Assembly (NCBI GenBank): GCA_001824255.1
Contig: MHWQ01000002.1
Coordinates: 1-55,297, forward strand
From: Candidatus Zambryskibacteria bacterium RIFCSPLOWO2_02_FULL_51_21
GTDB lineage: Bacteria > Patescibacteriota > Minisyncoccia > Phycocordibacterales > Zambryskibacteraceae
DNA: 55,297 nucleotides
Reading direction: 5' to 3'
Below, piece after piece: positions 49,658-55,297 of this stretch (position 1 is its first letter; each line of letters begins with the position of its first letter). The translations under genes were made by a program, and so were the position numbers. The notes under the pieces are model-generated. The model saw nothing but the letters and a program-made list of their open reading frames with translations. It did no database searches and was not told the DNA's origin.

Positions 49658-51438
49658 ATAATATCCGCAATTTCAGCATCATCGCGCATATAGACCACGG
49701 CAAATCCACTCTGGCGGACAGGATGCTTGAAATTACCGGTACTATCGAGAAATACCGGATGAAGGACCAGGTACTCGACTCCATGGAACTTGAGCGCGAA
49801 CGCGGGATTACGATTAAAATGCAGCCCGTCAGAATGAAGTATAAAAATTTTATTCTCAACCTTATCGACACACCAGGCCACATAGATTTTTCTTATGAAG
49901 TTTCCCGGGCGCTCTCGGCCGTGGAGGGTTCGATTCTCCTTGTCGACGCGACACAGGGAGTGCAAGCCCAGACACTCACGACCTTGGAGCAAGCCGCCGC
50001 AGCCGGACTTGCTATTATTCCGGTGATTTCGAAAATTGATTCGCCGCTCGCCAGGATTGAGGAGGCGGAAGAAGAGATAGAGAAGCTTCTGAATGTGAAG
50101 AGAAGTGAAATTCTCCGCGTTTCCGGCAAAACAGGGGAAGGCGTTGAGGAATTGTTGGAAGAAATTATCAAAAGAGTGCCCCCGCCCCGCTTGGCTGCAC
50201 AACAGCTAAGTGATTTCCAGTCGCTGGTTTTTGATTTCAAATATTCAAGCCATAAAGGGGTAATCGTTTTTGTTCGGGTTTTCTCCGGCCGGGTTGGCAA
50301 GGGCGACAACCTCCGGTTCAAGGTCGCTGGCAAGAAGTTCAAGGCTCTTGAAGTCGGGACTTTTTTGCCTGAAGAGACTCCGGGGGAGTCTCTTCAGACC
50401 GGAGAAATTGGTTATATTGTGACCGGAATTAAAGAACCGGGTATTGCCTCCGTCGGAGACACTATCGCCGGGGGCGATAGTGTCGAGTCAGCCTTGCCCG
50501 GGTACGAATCCCCAAGGCCGGTCGTCTGGGCCTCCGTTTATCCGGAGAATCAGGACAATCTCAACGCTCTCCGATTATCGCTCGGCAAGCTGCGCTTGAC
50601 TGATGCCGCATTCTCCTTTGAGGAAGAATCATCCGGAGTTCTGGGCAGGGGATTCCGTTGCGGATTCCTGGGCATGCTTCATCTCGAAATCATCACCGAG
50701 CGATTGCGCCGGGAATTCGGCTTGCCGCTGGTTATCACTCTGCCCTCCATCACTTACCGGGTTATATACAAGAACGGCAAGGAAGAAATGATTTATACGC
50801 CGTCTTTTTTCCCGGAGGAACATTTGTTAGACGTAATCTGGGAGCCGTGGATAATCGGGACGATAATCATGCCTCCGGATTATCTCGGCGAAGTAATCAA
50901 GCTTCTGCATGAATTTGAAGGAGAGAATCTTGGGTTTGGGACCCAAGGTTCTCAATCTACGCGCACCATGTTCCAGTTTCAAATGCCTCTGCGCGAACTC
51001 ATGCGGGGATTCTTCGACCGGCTCAAATCAGCGACCTCCGGTTTCGGTTCAATATCATACGTTCTTGCCGGAGAAAGGAAGGCGGACGTGGCGCGCCTCG
51101 ACATACTGGTGGCTGACGAAGCGGTGCCCGCTTTTGCCAAAGTGATTTCCAGAAAGCAAGTGGAAGCTGAAGCAGAAAAAGTCGTGGATCGACTTTTTCA
51201 AATATTGCCGCGGCAGATGTTTACCCTGAAAATTCAGGCCCGTGCGCTCGGACGCATCATTTCTTCCCGTACGCTCTCAGGGATGAAAAAGGATGTGACC
51301 CAGCACATGTACGGAGGTGACATCACCAGGAAAATGAAGCTCCGCGAGAAGCAAAAGAAAGGCAAGAAGAAAATGAAAGAGCGGGGCAGAGTGAATATTC
51401 CGCAGGATGTTTTTCTCAAGATGCTCAAGCAGGATTAG
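49654..51438 (+). CDS. lepA: Translation elongation factor 4 (LepA)
   Basis: IRNFSIIAHIDHGKSTLADR, DTPGHIDF, and the LepA-specific C-terminus (YGGDITRKMKLREKQKKGKKKMK). ATGA overlap with murJ. Confidence 0.97.
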   Translation: MNNIRNFSIIAHIDHGKSTLADRMLEITGTIEKYRMKDQVLDSMELERERGITIKMQPVRMKYKNFILNLIDTPGHIDFSYEVSRALSAVEGSILLVDATQGVQAQTLTTLEQAAAAGLAIIPVISKIDSPLARIEEAEEEIEKLLNVKRSEILRVSGKTGEGVEELLEEIIKRVPPPRLAAQQLSDFQSLVFDFKYSSHKGVIVFVRVFSGRVGKGDNLRFKVAGKKFKALEVGTFLPEETPGESLQTGEIGYIVTGIKEPGIASVGDTIAGGDSVESALPGYESPRPVVWASVYPENQDNLNALRLSLGKLRLTDAAFSFEEESSGVLGRGFRCGFLGMLHLEIITERLRREFGLPLVITLPSITYRVIYKNGKEEMIYTPSFFPEEHLLDVIWEPWIIGTIIMPPDYLGEVIKLLHEFEGENLGFGTQGSQSTRTMFQFQMPLRELMRGFFDRLKSATSGFGSISYVLAGERKADVARLDILVADEAVPAFAKVISRKQVEAEAEKVVDRLFQILPRQMFTLKIQARALGRIISSRTLSGMKKDVTQHMYGGDITRKMKLREKQKKGKKKMKERGRVNIPQDVFLKMLKQD

Positions 51439-51465
51439 CGTCAGAGCGGGAAGTAAAGGAGGACC

Positions 51466-51573
51466 ATGCTGACAGCTAGGAGAATTACCAGGATTTTCCA
51501 GGCGGTTTGGATTTTATTTCTGTGTCTTCTGTCGAATAGCATTGGCGATATGATAACATACCGTTATAAATGA
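51466..51573 (+). CDS. Candidate 35-aa small membrane protein (MLTARRITRIFQAVWILFLCLLSNSIGDMITYRYK)
   Basis: Strong SD (AAAGGAGG at 51455-51462) just upstream of ATG 51466. Its TGA stop overlaps the ATG of the next gene (ATGA at 51570-51573). It has a hydrophobic core. It is below the ORF-track size cutoff. Confidence 0.4.
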   Translation: MLTARRITRIFQAVWILFLCLLSNSIGDMITYRYK

Positions 51574-51959
51574 AGGAACTGCGGCAAAGACAAAGGGTGA
51601 AGGAGCTTTTATACTCGTGGCCGGCGCTGGTACTGGCCGCTATTCTCGCCTTTTTCCTCGTCAAAGGCGCCGCCGGGCTTATGTTCAAGGAGCGGGAGAG
51701 TGCCCGACTTCTGGCCAACCTCGAATCCGAAGCCAAGGAGTCCGAAGCCAGGGAAGTGAAGCTCCGTGAGGGGATTGCCAGGCTTCAGACCGAGACAGGC
51801 ATCGTGGAGGCAATCAGGGAGAAGTTCAGCGTTACGAGAGAAGGGGAGCACCTGGCTATCATAGTGGATGAACGGGCGGGGACCTCCACTTCCGCCGGTG
51901 AGAATGGGTCTTGGTACAAACGATTTCTCGATGCTATAATGTCGTTCTATGAAAAATAA
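51570..51959 (+). CDS. Septum-formation-initiator-like (FtsB/DivIC family) protein
   Basis: N-terminal TM helix (WPALVLAAILAFFLV), a coiled-coil (ESEAKESEAREVKLREGIARLQTE), then GIVEAIREKFSVTREGEHLAII, resembling the family's conserved C-terminal motif. Confidence 0.55.
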   Translation: MKELRQRQRVKELLYSWPALVLAAILAFFLVKGAAGLMFKERESARLLANLESEAKESEAREVKLREGIARLQTETGIVEAIREKFSVTREGEHLAIIVDERAGTSTSAGENGSWYKRFLDAIMSFYEK

Positions 51960-52191
51960 AAAAGTTGAAATTTACTCGACTCCGACATGCCACTTCTGCC
52001 ATATGGCCAAGGAATTTTTCCAATCGCACGGCGTGGAATACGCCGACTATAATGTGGCCGCTGATACGGAGAAGCGCAGGGAAATGATGGAGAAAAGCGG
52101 CCAGCTGGGTGTGCCCGTTATTATTATCGACGGCAAGGACCTTGTCATCGGTTTCAATGAGCCGGTGATAACGAAAGTTCTCGGTCTGTAA
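51949..52191 (+). CDS. Glutaredoxin-family small redox protein
   Basis: KVEIYSTPTCHFCHMAKEFF (CxxC) ...GVPVIIIDGKDLVIGF. 80 aa. Confidence 0.8.
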   Translation: MKNKKVEIYSTPTCHFCHMAKEFFQSHGVEYADYNVAADTEKRREMMEKSGQLGVPVIIIDGKDLVIGFNEPVITKVLGL

Positions 52192-52194
52192 GTG

Positions 52195-52267
52195 TGCCCA
52201 GAGTCAGATTTGCACTGACGACCCTTCCCTCTTCAGGGGAATGCTCTACTAACTGAGCTATCTGGGC
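52195..52267 (-). tRNA. tRNA-Phe (anticodon GAA); CCA not encoded
   Basis: The minus strand reads GCCCAGA TA GCTC AGTTAGTA GAGC A TTCCC CTGAAGA GGGAA GGGTC GTCAG TGCAAAT CTGAC TCTGGGC A. All four stems are perfect. The D-loop has A at position 18 and the T-loop has G at position 55 (see findings). Confidence 0.9.
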
Positions 52268-52494
52268 ATTGAATCGAACAATTCTCTTACGCTGTTGTAA
52301 TTCCTCAAGACGTCATCGAAATACGGCTGTAGGAAAATGTATCCTAGCACGAACGGCAGGATAACGATAACCAATTTTATGAATCCATAAATAGTCTGCC
52401 TCCTGGCCCTCGCCTGGATAGAACGAAGCATTTCATTATTCTCCTGCGCGAGCTTTACGGAACGTTCGAGAAGGTGCCTTTCTTCCGGATTCAT
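52258..52494 (-). CDS. Hypothetical 78-aa single-TM protein
   Basis: A TTGAAA-16-TATAAT promoter lies immediately upstream. TM helix IYGFIKLVIVILPFVLGYIFL. The last 10 nt, including the stop codon, overlap the 5' end of tRNA-Phe. Confidence 0.45.
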   Translation of the reverse strand: MNPEERHLLERSVKLAQENNEMLRSIQARARRQTIYGFIKLVIVILPFVLGYIFLQPYFDDVLRNYNSVRELFDSMPR

Positions 52495-52502
52495 TGGGGA
52501 AA

Positions 52503-52530
52503 ATTATATCAAAATATGCTATATTTTCAA
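52503..52530 (-). promoter_or_regulatory. Sigma-70-like promoter TTGAAA-16 nt-TATAAT, with the predicted transcription start at or next to ATG 52494 (leaderless)
   Basis: The minus strand reads TTGAAA (52530-52525), ATATAGCATATTTTGA, TATAAT (52508-52503), TTTCCCCA, ATG. Confidence 0.5.
52517..52525 (+). promoter_or_regulatory. Extended -10-like TGCTATATT upstream of tRNA-Arg
   Basis: It lies 40 nt upstream of the tRNA 5' end and overlaps the divergent promoter on the other strand. Confidence 0.3.
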
Positions 52531-52565
52531 CGCTCGCGAAACCGCCTGCCTGGCCGGTAGGCATG

Positions 52566-52640
52566 GCTCTCATAGCTCAATGGATAGAGCAAGTCCGTCC
52601 TAAGGACGAGATGTAGGTTCGATTCCTACTGAGAGCACCA
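52566..52640 (+). tRNA. tRNA-Arg (anticodon CCT); CCA encoded
   Basis: GCTCTCA TA GCTC AATGGATA GAGC A AGTCC GTCCTAA GGACG AGAT GTAGG TTCGATT CCTAC TGAGAGC A CCA. There is an A27/G43 mismatch and G32; the structure is otherwise canonical. Confidence 0.85.
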
Positions 52641-52643
52641 CTT

Positions 52644-52665
52644 GTTAGCGATAGTTATCGCTAAC
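52644..52665. terminator. Perfect 10-bp hairpin between tRNA-Arg and the 3' end of hsp20
   Basis: GTTAGCGATA (52644-52653), GT, TATCGCTAAC (52656-52665). It overlaps the hsp20 stop codon. There is no clear U-tract. Confidence 0.5.
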
Positions 52666-53119
52666 TGCCTCTGACTTTGAGCTTGGCCTGGCGGTTCTTG
52701 TCGACCTTGGGCAGGCGCAGTATGAGCATGCCGTATTTCTCGGAGGCTTCGGCTTCGTCCACATCTATCTCCTCCGGCAGACTGATAGTTCGGGAGAAAG
52801 CGCCCCAATAAAGCTCGCGATGGAGGTAATCCTGCTCCGTTACCGTCCTTTCCTCCCCGCGCTCGCCGCGGATAGTGACGGAATCGCGGGTGATTGCGAC
52901 ATCGAGGTCATCCGGCTTCACTCCGGCCACCATGGTCTTGATGACAATCTCGGACGGCGTGTTATATACGTCGACTGTGAGCTGTGCTTCCTCCGGTTCG
53001 TCGAAGATAGAAGGCTTGCCGCCTGAGCGCGAGACGGACACAGATTCCTCCATCTCCTCCTCGTCCTCGAGCCGCACCGCGCCGGTCAATCTTTCAAAGA
53101 AGCTTCGTTTGTTTTTCAT
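52661..53119 (-). CDS. Hsp20/alpha-crystallin family small heat-shock protein
   Basis: DVYNTPSEIVIKTMVAGVKPDDLDVAITRDSVTIRGER...GAFSRTISLPEEIDVDEAEASEKYGMLILRLPK. Confidence 0.9.
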   Translation of the reverse strand: MKNKRSFFERLTGAVRLEDEEEMEESVSVSRSGGKPSIFDEPEEAQLTVDVYNTPSEIVIKTMVAGVKPDDLDVAITRDSVTIRGERGEERTVTEQDYLHRELYWGAFSRTISLPEEIDVDEAEASEKYGMLILRLPKVDKNRQAKLKVRGS

Positions 53120-53142
53120 GTGCTATTTAAAGTTTCCTAAAC

Positions 53143-53170
53143 ATTATAACTCATTATCTATTGGGTGCAA
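53143..53170 (-). promoter_or_regulatory. Candidate sigma-70-like promoter TTGCAC-16 nt-TATAAT for hsp20
   Basis: The minus strand reads TTGCAC (53170-53165), a 16-nt spacer, then TATAAT (53148-53143). The -35 element lies inside the 3' end of prsW. Confidence 0.4.
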
Positions 53171-53843
53171 TCCTTTTTGCTTTCTCGAAGGCCCAAATCA
53201 GGCCGATCGCTCCTATCCAGACGGAAACGAAGGCAAAAGCGGTGCCATTGCCGCCCATTTTGAGAATCAGGATATTGAAGGCGACGTGGAAAATGATGGC
53301 CATGAGGAGCGCTTTGCGCAGTTTCGCCGCTTGCACCTTTTTCGGCTTATAAAACGAGAAAGAGAGAGTTGCTCCGATGATGCCGGACGAGACTATGTGG
53401 AGCAAGCTCGCGCCGATGAAGCGCAGATTGCCGGTGATAAAGCCTGTGGTAAAATCTTCCCCCACCAAGGGCCCCAGTATGAAGAGCGTGTTCTCGAGAG
53501 CCACGAAACCGAGCGCCGCCGTGAGCATATAAATCAGCGGGTCGACGGGTTCATTGTCCTCTTTCGAACGCAGGCCTCCGAGCCAGGCCGCGCCGTACTT
53601 GAAAATTTCTTCGAGGATCGCCCAGAGGATGATAGCCGGCACGGTTGTGCCGGGGAGTAGCATCTCGACTCCTTTCTGGAACGGCAGGACGAAGACTACC
53701 GCGAGCATACCGAAAAGAAACGTGCGCGCGATGAGACCTCTCGGTTCGGGATTCTTCCTGTCCTCATGGAGCCAGAAGTCGAGCCAGAGCAGAGCCGGCA
53801 CAATGCCGCCGAGAAACGCGTAAAAAATTGTTTCAGGATTCAT
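53154..53843 (-). CDS. prsW: PrsW-family intramembrane metalloprotease
   Basis: Seven or so TM helices, with WLHEDRKNPEP, ILEEIFKYGAAW, GFVALENTLF and ASLLHIVSSG motifs characteristic of PrsW. Confidence 0.8.
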   Translation of the reverse strand: MNPETIFYAFLGGIVPALLWLDFWLHEDRKNPEPRGLIARTFLFGMLAVVFVLPFQKGVEMLLPGTTVPAIILWAILEEIFKYGAAWLGGLRSKEDNEPVDPLIYMLTAALGFVALENTLFILGPLVGEDFTTGFITGNLRFIGASLLHIVSSGIIGATLSFSFYKPKKVQAAKLRKALLMAIIFHVAFNILILKMGGNGTAFAFVSVWIGAIGLIWAFEKAKRIAPNR

Positions 53844-55297
53844 AGGGCCAATTTTCCACCATTAATAAACTCTTTTTGCTTTTCAATTCCCCCCAAATCT
53901 CCTCGGTAATGAAAGGCATGAAGGGATGGAGCAATTTCAAAGAATTTTCAAGAATATAATAAAGCGTCGCTCCGTAATCCTCCTTGCCTTTGCTTTCTTC
54001 AAGAATCTCATCGGCGAAGCGGTGCCAGACATAGTGGTATATCTTCTCCGCCGCGATATAGAAGCGGTAATTGTCCATATCGGCGGTAATGTCCTTGGCC
54101 AGCGCCTCGAATTCCTCGACCAGTTCTTTCCTCAACTCGCCGGAGTTTTCTTTCGACAACACAAACCGGGCAATATTCCAGATCTTATTGGCGAAGTTTT
54201 TGTAAGCTTTGAGTTTGTCATTACTTAGCTTGCTATCAGAACCTGGACCTACTCCAACAATTAAGGCCATTCTTAAAGCATCTGTGCCATACTGATTGCC
54301 GATAGATACCGGGTCGACATTATCCCCCAGAGATTTACTTAACTTCTGACCTTTCTCATTTCTAACTAACCCATGCAGATAGACTGTTTTAAATGGAATC
54401 TCTCCCAGTAAGAATTGTGACATGAGTATCATTCGCGCCACCCAGAAGAAGAGGATGTCATATCCTGTTTCAAGTAGGTCTGTTGGGTGATAAGTATCCA
54501 TATCTTTCGTCTGTTCTGGCCACCCCAAGGCAGAAAAGGTCCATAACCCAGAGGAGAACCAAGTATCAAGCGTATCTGGGTCTATGATACCGCTCGGAGG
54601 TATTTCCTTATCTGTTATGAAGGGAACAGTTTCTATCTGGTGAACCCCTGCGTAATTGAATATCCCGTTGCTTCTAACCCATTCCCACGACAGGTTGCCC
54701 TTGTCTACTAGTGTTTTAATAGCGTAAGCCTTTAATTGACTTGTGGTAGGCGTTCCGACATAATCCGTGTCAAGTATGAGTCTGTCCAGATCTTGTTCTG
54801 TTAGATTTACCTTAGTAGCGAAATCTGTTTTTTTGAAAATGACCACTGCTTCTCTATTAACATCCAGAGCAAGGTCACAATATATAGGTACCCTATGTCC
54901 ATACCAGATTTGACGTGAAATATTCCAATCATGTAGATTGTTAATCCAGTTGAAGTATTCGTTCTCAAATCTTTCTGGAAGAATTTCTATATACTCACTT
55001 GCAACCGACTCATACATCAATTCTTTCAGTGATTTACCCCCTCTTGTTTGTATAGGTTTATTTACATCAACGAACCATTGTGTTTTTGGCAGAGGCTCAA
55101 TAATTCCGCCTGTGCGTTCTGCAGTTGCAATATTTTGCTTAACATCCTCTTCTTTAATGAGAAGATTTTGTTCTTTAATCCAATTTATAATTTTCTCTCG
55201 AGCGGAAGACACTTTCTCACCGTAGAACATTGAGGTTCGGCGGCTAATCTGGGCATACTCGTTTATTACTTGAATCGAAGGTAGACCATGCCTCTTG
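53833..55297 (-). CDS. valS: Valine--tRNA ligase, 5'-truncated by the window edge (C-terminal ~490 aa present)
   Basis: The frame stays open upstream of the track's Met (KRHGLPSIQVINEYAQISRRTS-MFYGEK...) to nt 55296. DWNISRQIWYGHRVP, DPDTLDTWFSSGLW, the KMSKS variant GQKLSKSLGN, and an anticodon-binding domain. The C-terminus is short, without a long coiled coil. Confidence 0.9.
   Translation of the reverse strand, partial: KRHGLPSIQVINEYAQISRRTSMFYGEKVSSAREKIINWIKEQNLLIKEEDVKQNIATAERTGGIIEPLPKTQWFVDVNKPIQTRGGKSLKELMYESVASEYIEILPERFENEYFNWINNLHDWNISRQIWYGHRVPIYCDLALDVNREAVVIFKKTDFATKVNLTEQDLDRLILDTDYVGTPTTSQLKAYAIKTLVDKGNLSWEWVRSNGIFNYAGVHQIETVPFITDKEIPPSGIIDPDTLDTWFSSGLWTFSALGWPEQTKDMDTYHPTDLLETGYDILFFWVARMILMSQFLLGEIPFKTVYLHGLVRNEKGQKLSKSLGDNVDPVSIGNQYGTDALRMALIVGVGPGSDSKLSNDKLKAYKNFANKIWNIARFVLSKENSGELRKELVEEFEALAKDITADMDNYRFYIAAEKIYHYVWHRFADEILEESKGKEDYGATLYYILENSLKLLHPFMPFITEEIWGELKSKKSLLMVENWPYES

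Noticed and set aside
49219-50202. A 327-aa minus-strand ORF spanning the murJ/lepA junction
   Set aside because: It is antisense to two strongly supported genes that overlap by ATGA. It has no motif. It is typical of a GC-rich antisense frame without stop codons.
52875-53660. A 261-aa plus-strand ORF across hsp20 and prsW
   Set aside because: It is antisense to two genes with clear family motifs. It crosses their intergenic promoter region and has no recognisable domain.
1-55297. An alternative genetic code (UGA recoding, as in some CPR lineages) and CRISPR arrays
   Set aside because: TGA terminates many well-supported genes, often in ATGA overlaps (for example 1592-1595, 12515-12518 and 49654-49657). 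Conserved proteins (SecA, LepA, Obg) read through without in-frame TGA. No regularly spaced direct repeats with unique spacers were seen on either strand.

Overview
This is a 55.3-kb chromosomal window. It is densely coded, mostly on the + strand, with many 4-nt ATGA start/stop overlaps. It uses the standard genetic code, with TGA as a stop. The gene content suggests a Candidate Phyla Radiation/Patescibacteria (Parcubacteria-like) genome, but that is inference only. The basis is a minimal housekeeping set (secA, obg, gatB, lepB, murJ, lepA, valS) interleaved with giant surface proteins, cohesin/dockerin modules, Wzy_C+TPR membrane proteins and many hypotheticals.

Layout:
- 1-8.1 kb: a surface-protein cluster. 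It holds a tail-fibre-like protein with a Peptidase_S74-type chaperone domain, a glycine-rich protein, one dockerin protein and three membrane-anchored cohesin-like proteins, interrupted by an AT-rich GIY-YIG gene.
- 8.1-31.3 kb: a compositionally mosaic glycan-biosynthesis locus of about 23 kb. It holds 5-6 glycosyltransferases, 4-5 methyltransferases, AsnB, a GMC-oxidoreductase fusion, GT9, a GC-rich B12/radical-SAM gene, a KdsB-like cytidylyltransferase, a GT2-ADH fusion, a 2-hydroxyacid dehydrogenase, Wzx and a Wzy_C/TPR protein.
- 31.4-39.5 kb: housekeeping genes (secA, DedA, a Trx-like/DsbB pair, MYG1, obg, gatB, a small HTH gene, lepB).
- 39.7-44.7 kb: a 1654-aa protein combining an N-terminal HTH, one TM helix, a tail-fibre-like ectodomain and a self-cleaving S74 module.
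- 44.65-45.6 kb: an Avd-like four-helix-bundle gene riddled with in-phase 9-nt tandem repeats, next to an RNase P RNA gene on the minus strand that the ORF track does not show.
- 45.6-55.3 kb: a second Wzy-like/TPR protein, murJ, lepA, small division/redox genes, tRNA-Phe, tRNA-Arg, hsp20, prsW and partial valS.

No CRISPR array, rRNA, integrase/transposase or reverse transcriptase was seen. The most unusual items are the HTH-TM-fibre-S74 protein, the cohesin-dockerin cluster, the 9-nt repeat system around the four-helix-bundle gene, the GC-rich radical-SAM island inside the glycan locus, and a tRNA-Phe with a doubly substituted 18:55 elbow pair. All domain calls come from motif recognition by eye; no searches were run.
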